From Planctomycetota bacterium (GTDB lineage Bacteria; Planctomycetota; UBA1135; UBA2386): a stretch of 64,000 nt of DNA. A model generated the notes under the pieces. The model did not search any database and was not told the origin of the DNA. It worked only from the letters and a program-made list of their open reading frames with translations. Location of the stretch: the NCBI GenBank assembly GCA_965228735.1, contig OZ245838.1, positions 96,001-160,000 of the forward strand. Reading direction: 5' to 3'. Below, piece by piece: positions 21,114 to 31,076 of this stretch. Made by a program: the position numbers and the translations under genes. The first letter of the stretch is position 1; every line of letters begins with the position of its first letter.

Positions 21114-22694
21114 CTACAGCGTGCCGCCGCCCTCGGCCTCACCGTCGGAGTCGGTCGGTTTGCGGTCGCGAATGGTGAGGCGGTTACGCACCCAGACGGC
21201 GCCGCCGTCATAGGCGTTCGCGGTGGCGCAGGCCTTCGCCGGGCGGTCGTCGACCGTGCCGGTCAGGACCGCGACGCCATCGTTGACGTCGACCTTGATC
21301 GAATCGGCGTCGAGGAACGGACTCCAGCGGAGCTGGGCGCGAATGTCGGACTCGAGCAGCGCGTCGTCGGCGAACGAAACCGGCGGCACGTAGCGGAACC
21401 AGCGATGCGTGTAGAGGGGATAGGCATCGACGTAGGGGTCGTAGGCCAGGAAACGCTCGTCGCTCACCGCCAGATAGTTGCGGACGGCGACGACCCCGGG
21501 CACGTGCGCGACGACATCATCGGCCCACCCGCGTTCGAACGTCGTGTCAACGGTGCCCTGGAGGCGCAGGACGCCGTGCTTCACCGTCACGTCGATCGCG
21601 GGCGCGTCGAGGTAGGCTGCCCGTTCGAGCGCCTCGCGAGCATCCGCGACGATCGCGTCTGCGGGGCGGTCCTCGGCGGAATCCACGCGGATGCGGTTGT
21701 CGACGCGCGCGACGCCTACGGTGTTGCGAGCCGTGTTCGCAGCCGCCCTGCGGGCCTTCAGGTTGTCGACACTGCCATGCAGGGTCACCTTGTCGAAGTC
21801 GACGTCGACGAGCAGCTGGAAGCGTCGAACACGCGGATCCTGCAGCAGCGCCGCGGCGACCGCGTCCTCGATCTCATCCGGCGCTCGAACGGCCGCCTCG
21901 CTCGGGCGCAGGCGGTCGTTGTCGGCCCAGGTTTGGACCCGAAGTTCGCTGCGGTCGACCGATCGCACACCGCGAACCTCGGCGAGACGCTCGGCGCGTT
22001 TCGCCTCCGAGGCGCTGCCCACGGTGCCCGAAAGTCCGACGTGACCCTCGTCGACGCGGACCGCGATCAGGCCGTCGTGCACGAGGAGGTCCCAGTGCAG
22101 ACGTTCTTCGATCTCGGTCTGGAGTTCGGCGTCGGTGCGGATCGATTCGGGGCGCACGTCGATGCGGTTGTCGACATCGGTCACGCCCGCGACACCCTTG
22201 CAGACGTTCGCGCAGAGGCGGCGCTCGGCCCACGACTGGGTCGTGCCGGTGAGGGTTACCGTGCCGTCATCGGAAGCCGTGACCTGGATCTCGTAGGAAT
22301 CGGCAGCCGGGTCACGCAGCAATGCTCGCTTCGTCGCGGCCGCGAGCTCGTCGGCGGTCAGATCGTCGCGGGGCGGCACCCGAACGAGATCGATCACGGA
22401 GCGGACGCCGCGCACCGTGCGCGCGATCGCCGCGGACCGCTCGCGCGCGAGCAGGTTGTCGGCCGTGCCCGTGAGCGTCACGATGCCGTCCTCGACGGCA
22501 ACGTCGAGTTGCGTCGGCATCAGCACGACGTCGGTCACGAGCTCGTTCGCGACGGCGGCGCGGATGGCGGCGTCCGTGAGGTCGTTCGCGGACCGGGTGT
22601 CGGTCGGCGCGGCTTCCGGTTGCTGCGTCAGCGCGGTCCCCGGGAGCAGGAGAATCGGGAGAATGGAGACGGTGCCGAGATTGATTGGAATCAT
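21114..22694 (-). CDS. Multi-BON-domain periplasmic protein (about 6 BON repeats)
   Basis: Repeated DxxI...V.V.DG.VTL.G.V...A..V.GV..V.N.I units; signal peptide. Confidence 0.9.
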   Translation of the reverse strand: MIPINLGTVSILPILLLPGTALTQQPEAAPTDTRSANDLTDAAIRAAVANELVTDVVLMPTQLDVAVEDGIVTLTGTADNLLARERSAAIARTVRGVRSVIDLVRVPPRDDLTADELAAATKRALLRDPAADSYEIQVTASDDGTVTLTGTTQSWAERRLCANVCKGVAGVTDVDNRIDVRPESIRTDAELQTEIEERLHWDLLVHDGLIAVRVDEGHVGLSGTVGSASEAKRAERLAEVRGVRSVDRSELRVQTWADNDRLRPSEAAVRAPDEIEDAVAAALLQDPRVRRFQLLVDVDFDKVTLHGSVDNLKARRAAANTARNTVGVARVDNRIRVDSAEDRPADAIVADAREALERAAYLDAPAIDVTVKHGVLRLQGTVDTTFERGWADDVVAHVPGVVAVRNYLAVSDERFLAYDPYVDAYPLYTHRWFRYVPPVSFADDALLESDIRAQLRWSPFLDADSIKVDVNDGVAVLTGTVDDRPAKACATANAYDGGAVWVRNRLTIRDRKPTDSDGEAEGGGTL

Positions 22695-22710
22695 GACGTC
22701 CCACCCTGGC

Positions 22711-22726
22711 GCAAGGCCCGTGCCAG
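22711..22726 (-). promoter_or_regulatory. Sigma-54 (-24/-12) promoter upstream of the BON protein
   Basis: Minus strand CTGGCACGGGCCTTGC matches TGGCAC-N5-TTGC. Confidence 0.7.
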
Positions 22727-22872
22727 GCCCGGTCAGTTCCCCTTAACAGACTTCATCACAGTAGCTTAAGCGTTCGTGTCGTGCGGGGCTCGTCCGCATC
22801 AGAAGCGCGACTTCCGGAACCCTCGCCGCGCCGCTTCGGGCGCGGCGAGCGACGCGCATGGGCGTCGTGGCG

Positions 22873-23586
22873 CTACAGCACGTACTTGATCGCCACGAAC
22901 CCGCCGACGAGCAGCGCGGTTCCGGCGACCGTCACGAGCGCGAAACGGCGCTCGATGAAGTCCTTGATCGGCGGGCCGTAGTGCCGGAACAGCCAGGCGA
23001 CGAGGAAGAAGCGCGCCGATCGGCTCACGGCGGACGCGAGGACGAACATCGGGAAGTTGATCGCGAACACGCCGGCCGTGATCGTGATCACCTTGTAGGG
23101 GATCGGCGTGAAGCCCGCGGCGAAGACGAGCGCGAAGTCCCACTCGTTGTAGAGCGCCTGCACGCGTTCGTAGCTGTGCTCGTTCACCCCCGGGATGTAG
23201 TCGAAGAAGAACTGCTGCAGGTTGTCCCAGAAGAACATGCCGATGCCGTAGCCGGCAACGCCGCCGAGCAGCGAGGCGACCGAGCACCAGAACGCGAAAC
23301 GATAGCTCTTCTTGACCTCGCCGATGCACAGCGCGATGAGCAGCACGTCGGGCGGGATCGGAAAGAAACTGCTCTCCGCGAAGCTCAGGACGAACAGCGC
23401 CGGGACCGCGTAGCGCGTGTCCGCCCAGTGCAGCACCCAGTCGTAGAGCCGGCGGATCGGGCCCTTGCGGCCGCCGGGCTCGGCAGCGGACTCGGCAGCG
23501 GACGCGGGAGCTCGATCGGTCGCGGGGCCGGAGCCAGTAGCCGGACCGGACTCGGTCGCCGGATCGGATTCGGTCGGGTTGGTCAC
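22873..23586 (-). CDS. YqaA/DedA (VTT domain) family membrane protein
   Basis: SFAESSFFPIPPD, GFTPIPYKV, SRSARFF. Confidence 0.9.
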   Translation of the reverse strand: MTNPTESDPATESGPATGSGPATDRAPASAAESAAEPGGRKGPIRRLYDWVLHWADTRYAVPALFVLSFAESSFFPIPPDVLLIALCIGEVKKSYRFAFWCSVASLLGGVAGYGIGMFFWDNLQQFFFDYIPGVNEHSYERVQALYNEWDFALVFAAGFTPIPYKVITITAGVFAINFPMFVLASAVSRSARFFLVAWLFRHYGPPIKDFIERRFALVTVAGTALLVGGFVAIKYVL

Positions 23587-25301
23587 GTGCCGTTTGGTTC
23601 GTCGGAGCTGAGGGTCATCTCGTGGACGTCGAGAACCACGGGGCCTTCCTCACCACGCGAGCTCAGGCGCGGCGAGTGCAGCAGGGTCCAGGGGCCCGGC
23701 TGGCCGCGCAGCTCCTCGAAGCGGCTCGCGCCGCGCACGAGCCGGGCCGGCAGCACGTGCCCGTCGGCGACGACGCGCAGCCGGAGGTCGAGGCCGCGCG
23801 CATCGGTCATCGGCAGGCCGACGGTCCGCACGTCCGAGGTCACGAACCGCGGTCGCGGGTGACCGGTGCCGAACGGTCCGAGGGCGTCGAGTCGGCGGAT
23901 GGTGTGCGGATCGAACTCGTCGAAGTTCGCCGGGCCGTCGTAGTAGACCGACTCGTCGCACGGCAGGCGCTCGCACACGTCGGCGAACTGGTCGCAGAAC
24001 GCGTCGAAGTTGGCGCGCTTGACCTCGAGCCCGACCGCGGCCTTGTGACCGCCGTGCGATTCGAGCAGCTCGGCGCAGCCGCCGAGCGCGTCGCGCAGGT
24101 GCAGGCCGGTGTTGCAGCGGCCGGAGCCGCGGCCCGTCTCGCCGTCGAACGCGACGAGCACGACGGGCTTCTTGAACGTCTCGGCCGCGCGCGCGGCGAC
24201 GATGCCGAGCACGCCTGGATGCCAGTTCTCCGAGCCGAGCGCGATCGCCGGCTTGTCGATGTCGGCCGCAGCCAGCATGACCTCGTCCTGCATCTGCCGT
24301 TCGACGCGGCGCCGGTCCTCGTTGTGGCGTTCGAGCACCTTGGCGGCGGCCTGCGCTTCGGCGTAGCCCGGCGCGAGCAGCAGTTGCACGGCCTCGATCG
24401 CGTGCCCCATGCGGCCCGCGGCGTTGATCAGCGGCGCGATCCGGAACGCGATGTCACCGACATCGATGCCGCGGTGCGAGACGCCGGCCGAGTCGAGCAG
24501 CGCGCGAATCCCCGGGTTCTTGCTCTGGACGAGCGCGCGCAGGCCGTGGAAGACGAGCGTGCGGTTCTCGCCGACGAGCGGCGCGACGTCGGCGACCGTG
24601 CCGAGCGCGATGCACGCGACCGCGTCCGCGAGGAACTCGCCGAACTCCGGGCTCTGCATCATGCTGCCCGAGAACGACTCCGCGATCGCCGCGGCGAGCC
24701 GGAACGCGACGCCGCAGCCGGCCAGGTCGCGATCGGGGTAGCCCGAGTCCGGCAGCCGCGGGTTGAGGATGGCGTAGGCATCCGCCACGTTCTCGTCCGT
24801 GCCGTGGTGGTCCGTGACGATCACGTCGACGCCGGCGGCCTGCAACTTGGCGATCGAGTCGACCGCGTTGGTGCCGTTGTCGACGGAGATCACGAGCTGA
24901 TGGCCGCCCGCGAGGACGGCATCGACGCTGGCCTGACTGATCGAGTAGCCGTCGGCGCGCGCCGGGATGTACGGCTTGCTCGTCGCGTGCAGCATCGAGA
25001 AGAACTTGTGCAGCAGCACCGTTCCCGTGACGCCGTCGACGTCGTAGTCCCCGTGGATCAGGATCGACTCGCCGCGCTGGATCGCCGTGCGGATGCGGTC
25101 GACGGCCCGCTGCATCTGGCCGAACTCGAACGGGTCGTGCAGGGTGCGGAGATCCGGCCGCAGGAAGCGCCGGACTCGGTCCGGATCGTCGTGGCCGCGG
25201 GCCAGCAGCACGCGCGCGACGATATCGGGCAGGCCGACCGTCTTGGCGAGCGCCCCCTCGCGCGGATCCACTTCGAGGTTCTTGGGTGCTACGCGGCGCA
25301 T
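23583..25301 (-). CDS. recJ: Single-stranded-DNA-specific exonuclease RecJ
   Basis: GDYDVDG, VDNG, TDHH, LGTVADV, F.IAP.INAAGR, GSGR, GGHKAA.G. Confidence 0.95.
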   Translation of the reverse strand: MRRVAPKNLEVDPREGALAKTVGLPDIVARVLLARGHDDPDRVRRFLRPDLRTLHDPFEFGQMQRAVDRIRTAIQRGESILIHGDYDVDGVTGTVLLHKFFSMLHATSKPYIPARADGYSISQASVDAVLAGGHQLVISVDNGTNAVDSIAKLQAAGVDVIVTDHHGTDENVADAYAILNPRLPDSGYPDRDLAGCGVAFRLAAAIAESFSGSMMQSPEFGEFLADAVACIALGTVADVAPLVGENRTLVFHGLRALVQSKNPGIRALLDSAGVSHRGIDVGDIAFRIAPLINAAGRMGHAIEAVQLLLAPGYAEAQAAAKVLERHNEDRRRVERQMQDEVMLAAADIDKPAIALGSENWHPGVLGIVAARAAETFKKPVVLVAFDGETGRGSGRCNTGLHLRDALGGCAELLESHGGHKAAVGLEVKRANFDAFCDQFADVCERLPCDESVYYDGPANFDEFDPHTIRRLDALGPFGTGHPRPRFVTSDVRTVGLPMTDARGLDLRLRVVADGHVLPARLVRGASRFEELRGQPGPWTLLHSPRLSSRGEEGPVVLDVHEMTLSSDEPNGT

Positions 25302-25333
25302 GTCGCTGCGGTATGGTAGCGAGCCGAAACGAG

Positions 25334-26722
25334 ATGCCTAGGACGGACTCAGCCCGAACGGCAGCGCTGCGCAGTCTGCCGTCGATCGATGCGCTCCTGC
25401 GCGATTCGCGCTTCCAGAACCTGCCGCGCACCGTGCTCACGCGCGAGGCGCGGCGGTGGCTCGACGAGACTCGGAACGCGATCCTCGCCGGCGAACTCGA
25501 CGCCCCTGCCGTCGAGGCGCGCTGTGCGCCCGACGCCGCGGCGCAGGAGCTCGAGCGGCGGTGCGAACGCGCCCAGCGACCGCGTCACCAGCGGGTGATC
25601 AACGCGACGGGCATCGTGCTGCACACCGGCATCGGGCGCGCGGCGCTCGCGCCCCGTGCGATCGAGGCGGTCACGGCGGTTGCCGGCTTCGGCATCGTCG
25701 AGGTCGATCCCGTTTCGGGCGAGCGCGATCAGCGCGAGCTCGGCGTCGCCGCATTGCTCGCCGACGTCCTCGGCGCCGACGGGGGGCTGGTCGTGAACAA
25801 CAACGCCGCGGCGACGACCCTCATGCTCGCCGCGCTGTGCGCTGAACGCGAGGTCGTGGTCTCGCGCGGCGAGCTCGTCGAGATCGGCGGCGGTTTCCGC
25901 GTGCCTGACGTCATGCGGCGCGCGGGCTGTCACATGGTCGAGGTCGGCGCGACCAACAAGACGCACCTGCGCGATTTCGAGCACGCGACGAGCACCGCGA
26001 CCGTCGCGTGGCTCAAGGTCCACCCGAGCAACTTCCGGATCGAAGGGTTCGCGAGCGTGCCGACCGTCGCCGAGCTGCGCGCGGCGCGCGACGAGGCGGG
26101 GCGCGACCTGCTCGTGCTCGACGATCTCGGCTCCGGACTGCTCTGGCAGGAGCCGATCGCCGGGCTCGAGACCGAGCCGCGCGTGCAGGACAGCATGCAG
26201 GGCGGCGCGCACGTGACGTGCTTCTCGGGCGACAAGCTGCTCGGCGGTCCGCAGTGCGGCATCCTCGTCGGCGACAAGGACCTGATCGCGCGTTGCCGGG
26301 CGAACCCGCTGTATCGCGCGATGCGGTGCGACAAGCTCGGGCTCGCGGCCCTCGAGGCGACGCTGCAGATCTACCGTGACGGGGATCCGCTGACGGAGAT
26401 CCCGACGTTGCGCATGCTCGCGGCGCCGCTCGACGAGCTCGACCGCCGCAGCCACGAACTCTGCAATCGCCTCGGCCACGCGGACGCGCGCGTCGTCGAC
26501 AGCCAGTCGTTCGCCGGCGCCGGTGCGAACCCGGCCAAGCCGCTGGCCAGTCGCGCCGTCGCGATCCCGGGCGGCAACGCGCTGACGGACCGGTTGCGCG
26601 CCCTCACGCCGCACGCCGTGTTCGCGCGGATGGCGGACGGTCAGGTCCTGTTCGATGCCAGGACGCTGCTGACCGAGGATCTCGACGCGGTAGCGGCGAC
26701 TGTTCGGGTCGCGCTGTCGTAG
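25334..26722 (+). CDS. selA: L-seryl-tRNA(Sec) selenium transferase
   Basis: VINATG.VLHT.IGRA, VNNNAAA, SRGELVEIGG.FR, KVH.SNF, DLGSG, FSGDKLLGGPQ. Confidence 0.96.
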   Translation: MPRTDSARTAALRSLPSIDALLRDSRFQNLPRTVLTREARRWLDETRNAILAGELDAPAVEARCAPDAAAQELERRCERAQRPRHQRVINATGIVLHTGIGRAALAPRAIEAVTAVAGFGIVEVDPVSGERDQRELGVAALLADVLGADGGLVVNNNAAATTLMLAALCAEREVVVSRGELVEIGGGFRVPDVMRRAGCHMVEVGATNKTHLRDFEHATSTATVAWLKVHPSNFRIEGFASVPTVAELRAARDEAGRDLLVLDDLGSGLLWQEPIAGLETEPRVQDSMQGGAHVTCFSGDKLLGGPQCGILVGDKDLIARCRANPLYRAMRCDKLGLAALEATLQIYRDGDPLTEIPTLRMLAAPLDELDRRSHELCNRLGHADARVVDSQSFAGAGANPAKPLASRAVAIPGGNALTDRLRALTPHAVFARMADGQVLFDARTLLTEDLDAVAATVRVALS

Positions 26723-26737
26723 AACACTCCCACGATC

Positions 26738-27802
26738 ATGAGCGCCGACAGCACCACCCCGAAGTCCGTTCGCCTGACGCAGTACGCCTCCGGCTCCGGT
26801 TGAGCGGCGAAGCTGCCGCCGGGGAGCCTCGGGCAGGTTCTCCACAAACTGGGTCCGATCGAACATCCCGATCTCATGGCCGGCACGGCCGGGTTCGAGG
26901 ATGCGGGGGTGTTCCGTCTCGACGCCGATCGCGCGCTCGTGCAGACCCTCGACTTCTTTCCGCCGATCGTCGACGACCCACGCTGGTTCGGGCGCATCGC
27001 GGCGTGCAACGCGATCTCCGATGTCTACGCGATGGGGGGGCTGCCGCTCACGGCGATGAACATCGTGGGGTGGCCGCGCGAGCTCGACATCGAGTTCCTC
27101 GGTGAGGTGCTCGCGGGCGGCCACGACAAGATCCAGGAAGCCGGCGCCGTGCTCGTCGGTGGGCACTCGGTGGTGGACGCCGAGGTCAAGTATGGCCTGT
27201 CGGTGACCGGGATGGTGCACCCCGAGCGCTTCTGGCAGAACGCCGGGGCGCGGGACGGCGATGCGCTGCTGCTCACCAAGCCGCTCGGCATGGGCCCGAT
27301 CTCGACGGCGATCAAGCGCGACAAGATCGACGCCGCGTTCGCCGAACGCGCGATGATCCAGATGGCGACGCTCAACAAGGCTGCCGTCGAGGCGTTGCGC
27401 GAGTTCGAGGTGCACGCGGCGACGGACGTGACCGGCTTCGGTCTCGTCGGGCACAGTCTGGAGATGGCCGAGGGTGCCGGGCTCGCGCTCGCGTTGCGCG
27501 CCTCGGATCTGCCGATCGCTGAAGGCGCGCTCGACCTCGTCGCGGCGGGGGTGATGTCCGGTGGCTGCACGCGCGGCCAGCAGCACTATGGCGAACGCAT
27601 CGCGATCGCCGCCGGTGTCGACGAGGCGCTGCAGAAGCTCGTCTTCGACGCCGAGACCTCGGGCGGGCTGCTCGTTGCGCTGCCCGAAGCGCAGGCGGAG
27701 CAGGCCGTGCAGCGGCTGCGGGACGTCGGAGCGCCGAGCCACGCGGTGATCGGACTGTTTGGCGGGAAGCCGGCGAGCGGGCCGATGCTGACGCTCGGGT
27801 AG
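26738..27802 (+). CDS. selD: Selenide, water dikinase (selenophosphate synthetase); selenoprotein with Sec at codon 22
   Basis: ATG 26738 reads MSADSTTPKSVRLTQYASGSG-TGA(26801-26803)-AAKL, in frame with the 26876 ORF; QTLDFF.PIVDD, SDVYAMGG, GGHS, TDVTGFGL, ETSGGLL. Confidence 0.95.
26813..26836 (+). promoter_or_regulatory. Putative bacterial SECIS hairpin
   Basis: CTGC-CG-CCGGG-GAGC-CTCGG-GCAG stem-loop beginning 10 nt after the in-frame UGA. Confidence 0.6.
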
Positions 27803-28066
27803 AGCCCCGAGCCGGCGGTCCCGACGACATGTCTTGGGTGAGTCGCCCGATGCAGCGTCCGGGGATTCCGATTTGGCACAACCCCGTTGCCAAGTGAAAC
27901 ATCCGCGTTACGCTTCTGCCACGTGAGGAGTGTCGCCACCACCGGCCTCGTCACATTTGGAGAAAGGGATGCCGCTCGCCACCGGCGCCCGTCGTCCTCT
28001 GCTTCGCCCCAAAGCAGAGATCTCGCCACAACTTGCCTCGTCTGGCTTGCCTCTTCCGGTGTACTG

Positions 28067-29464
28067 ATGTTCCAGGCTCAAAGCGGCCTCCTGCAGCGGG
28101 GTCTGCAGTCCGTCGACTTCGCGCTCGCGGGGGGCGCGGTCCATCTCGGTTCCGTCGTATCCCTGTCGGCGTTCGAGCCCGGGGCCGACGGCATGCCATT
28201 GCTGCTGTTCCAGGCGCTCTTCGCCGGCTGCTTCTGGTTGCTCGGTGCCAGCCTGACCCGGTTCTACACCTCTCGGCGAACCGAGCCATTACGCCGCGAG
28301 ATCAGCCAGGCGATCGGAGTCGCGATGATCGCGATCGCCGGGAGCACGACCCTCGCCGTCGCAGTGGCAGGCCAACTGGCGTTCGATCCGATCGCGGCGT
28401 TCTTCGCGCTTGCGGTGTCGATCATCGGCCTGCGGCTCGTCGTCCGGACCCTGCTCTGGCGACTGCGCGGCGCGGGCTTGAACTACCGCAACATCGTTCT
28501 CGTGGGTCAGGGCCAGACCGGCAACGGTCTCGCGAGTGAGTTCCGCGGCAACGATCGGTTCGGCATCCGCCTCCTCGGTGCGTTTCGGCTCGACGGCGAA
28601 GTGCCGGCGGTCGGGGGCGCGATCGCCGACCTCGGCGCGGTCGACGGGCTCTCCGACTACCTGCTGCGCGAACGCGTCGATTCCGTGATCCTCAGCCCGT
28701 CCATCGATGCGCGCCTGCGCGACATCATCGCGGTGATCGATCGTTGCGATCAGACGGGTGTTCCGTGCACATGCCTGCCGTTCTCCGCGACGCGACACCT
28801 CGTCCCGTCGAGCGCGTGGGTCGGCACGATGCCGGCCTTCTCGTTCCATCCGTGGATCGGGACGCCGCTCAGCGTCGGCATCAAGCGGCTCATGGACGTC
28901 GCGGTCTCGGGCCTGTTGCTGCTCGCGCTGTTGCCGCTGCTGCTCGGGGTCGCGCTTGCGATCCTGGTCGTCGACGGCGGACCGGTTTTCTTCCGGCAGG
29001 TGCGCATCGGCAAGGACGGCCGGCGCTTCCACTGCCTGAAGTTCCGCACGATGCGGCGTGATGCCGAGGCGCTCAAGGCGCGGCTCATGCAGCAGAACGA
29101 GTCGGACGGCCCGACGTTCAAGATGGACCGAGATCCGCGGATCACGTCCATCGGGCGGTTCCTGCGCAAGTACAGCCTCGACGAGCTGCCGCAGCTCATC
29201 AACGTGCTGCGCGGCGACATGAGCCTCGTCGGCCCGCGCCCGCCGATCCCTGAAGAAGTCGCGAAGTACGAGTTCTGGCAGCGGCGCCGGATCTCGGTGC
29301 GGCCGGGGCTCACCTGCTACTGGCAGGTTTTCGGGCGCAACCGCGTGTCGTTCGACGAGTGGATGCAGATGGATCTGACCTACATCGACAACTGGTCGTT
29401 GTGGTTGGACGTCAAGCTCATCGCGAAGACGATCCCGGCGGTCGTGCGCGGCACCGGCGTCTGA
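28067..29464 (+). CDS. Sugar transferase / priming polyprenyl-phosphate glycosylphosphotransferase (WcaJ-type)
   Basis: N-terminal TMs, Rossmann-like domain, KR..D, KFRTM, DPRIT.IG.FLRKYSLDELPQL.NVL.GDMSLVGPRP. Confidence 0.93.
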   Translation: MFQAQSGLLQRGLQSVDFALAGGAVHLGSVVSLSAFEPGADGMPLLLFQALFAGCFWLLGASLTRFYTSRRTEPLRREISQAIGVAMIAIAGSTTLAVAVAGQLAFDPIAAFFALAVSIIGLRLVVRTLLWRLRGAGLNYRNIVLVGQGQTGNGLASEFRGNDRFGIRLLGAFRLDGEVPAVGGAIADLGAVDGLSDYLLRERVDSVILSPSIDARLRDIIAVIDRCDQTGVPCTCLPFSATRHLVPSSAWVGTMPAFSFHPWIGTPLSVGIKRLMDVAVSGLLLLALLPLLLGVALAILVVDGGPVFFRQVRIGKDGRRFHCLKFRTMRRDAEALKARLMQQNESDGPTFKMDRDPRITSIGRFLRKYSLDELPQLINVLRGDMSLVGPRPPIPEEVAKYEFWQRRRISVRPGLTCYWQVFGRNRVSFDEWMQMDLTYIDNWSLWLDVKLIAKTIPAVVRGTGV

Positions 29465-29533
29465 CGCCGGCACCGCCATCGTCGGGCGCCGATCCGGTCA
29501 AGCGCGGCTGTCACGCTGGCCGGCGCGGGCCAG

Positions 29534-30559
29534 TCAGCGCTTCAGCAGCTGGCGTTGTTCGGCCGTGAGTTCGGGCGCGGTCCGCTGGCCGTGGTCTTTC
29601 AGCGTGACGACGAAGTCGTTCACGATCTTGCCCTTGCGTGGCCGCCGCGGGAGACCGTTGTCGAACTGCATCGGCGCGTCGGGGTCGACCTCCTCTTCGT
29701 CGTCTTCCTCTTCGACCTCGGGGTCGGCTGCCGCGGCACCGCCGACGAACACGGCGACCCCCGCGCCGCCGCCGCCCAGGCGGACGTTCTGATCGATGTA
29801 GGAGCGGCATCGAATCTGCTGCACGAGCGCGGTCGCCGGATCGATCGCGATCGCGATGTCGACCGTGGCCGCCGGCAACGGCGCGGCCGTGCGCTTCGCT
29901 CCCGCTCGGCCGGCACCGCCGGCCGCGATTCGGAACATGTTCACGCCGAAGCCGCTCGTAGCGAGCGATTCCGGCAGGGCACCGGACCAGATCGCTTCCT
30001 TCAGTTGATCTTCGTTGAGCGTCGCGGTCAGGGTCTCGACCGGGCGATCGTCGAGTGAGCCGGTTTCGCGGTGGATCGTCGCGAGATCCCAGCCGGCGAG
30101 CAGGTCGACCAGCAGCTCGATGTCGGGCACGTGCGGGATCGGGTTGCCGTCGGCGAACCGGCCGACGCGCCGTTGCCACGCGAGGTCCGCCGAGCGCACG
30201 ATGGTGCGGCGACCGGCGCGGATGATCTCGTCGCCGTCCTTGCCTGCGATCGCGCACTTGCTCAGGTTAGGGTGCCAAGAGCCCGTGGCCTTGCCGGACT
30301 GGCGCTGGGCGAGCATGCGCTGGAAACCGTCCTTGGGCAACTTGCCGTCGGCTGGGCCCCAGCTCGCTTCGAACGCCGTGTTCGACGTCGCCGCGGTCTG
30401 CTCCAGCGCCTTGCGCAGCCGCGCGCGGCTCTTCGTCAGGCTCTTCGCCTCGTCCTGGACCGCAGCTGCATCCGGCGCGGTGTTGCCCGTCTGGCCGGGT
30501 GCGAGCGGGGAGAGCGACGCCCCGAGCAGGGCGCCGACGACGAACGTCGAGAGTCGCAT
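29534..30559 (-). CDS. Exported hypothetical protein
   Basis: Signal peptide; acidic stretch EVEEEDDEEE; beta-rich. Confidence 0.7.
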   Translation of the reverse strand: MRLSTFVVGALLGASLSPLAPGQTGNTAPDAAAVQDEAKSLTKSRARLRKALEQTAATSNTAFEASWGPADGKLPKDGFQRMLAQRQSGKATGSWHPNLSKCAIAGKDGDEIIRAGRRTIVRSADLAWQRRVGRFADGNPIPHVPDIELLVDLLAGWDLATIHRETGSLDDRPVETLTATLNEDQLKEAIWSGALPESLATSGFGVNMFRIAAGGAGRAGAKRTAAPLPAATVDIAIAIDPATALVQQIRCRSYIDQNVRLGGGGAGVAVFVGGAAAADPEVEEEDDEEEVDPDAPMQFDNGLPRRPRKGKIVNDFVVTLKDHGQRTAPELTAEQRQLLKR

Positions 30560-30616
30560 GGTGCTGGGACGGACGATACCCCGCGGAACTTTCGGTTCCG
30601 TGCGTGCGCGCGAGAA

Positions 30617-31072
30617 TCAGCGCGTCTCGGGGTCCGGGCCGGGCGTGTCGCCCGGGCTCGGCGGCGACTCTGGCGGCGGCGCTTCCGGGTCCGATCCATC
30701 CTCACGCCCCTCGCGTTCCCGCCGCAGGTCGGCCATCAGCGAGTTGAGGCGAATCGCCTCGGTGATGCCGGTGTCGAACACGAAGTCGAGGTGCGGGACG
30801 GTGCGCGTGTGCAGCGTTTCGCCCATGGCGCGCTGGCACAGCCCGCGCGCGCGCCGCAAGACGCCGGCCGTCTTCTTCTGCGCCGCCTCGTCGCCGCTGA
30901 GCGACTTGCCGAGCACGGACCAGTAGGCCTTGCAGCGGGTGAACTCCTTGTCGAGCTCGACGCGCGTGATCGTCACCATCCCGAGCCTGGGATCGTTGAT
31001 CTCGCGCATGAGGATCTCGGCGAGGCGTTGTTTGATCTGCTCCTGCAGGCGGGCGATGCGGCGTTCGTTCAT
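30617..31072 (-). CDS. rbfA: 30S ribosome-binding factor RbfA
   Basis: RR..R..EQI...DPRLG.VTIT.VE...P.L.F..D; downstream of infB. Confidence 0.93.
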   Translation of the reverse strand: MNERRIARLQEQIKQRLAEILMREINDPRLGMVTITRVELDKEFTRCKAYWSVLGKSLSGDEAAQKKTAGVLRRARGLCQRAMGETLHTRTVPHLDFVFDTGITEAIRLNSLMADLRREREGREDGSDPEAPPPESPPSPGDTPGPDPETR

Positions 31073-31076
31073 CGGG

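Noticed and set aside
26738..26803. selD as a pseudogene with a premature stop
   Set aside because: The TGA is at the catalytic Cys/Sec position, is followed by a hairpin and lies next to selA.
27873..27890. Sigma-54 promoter for the WcaJ-like gene
   Set aside because: The GG-to-GC spacing is 12 nt rather than the required 10, so it is kept only as a palindrome.
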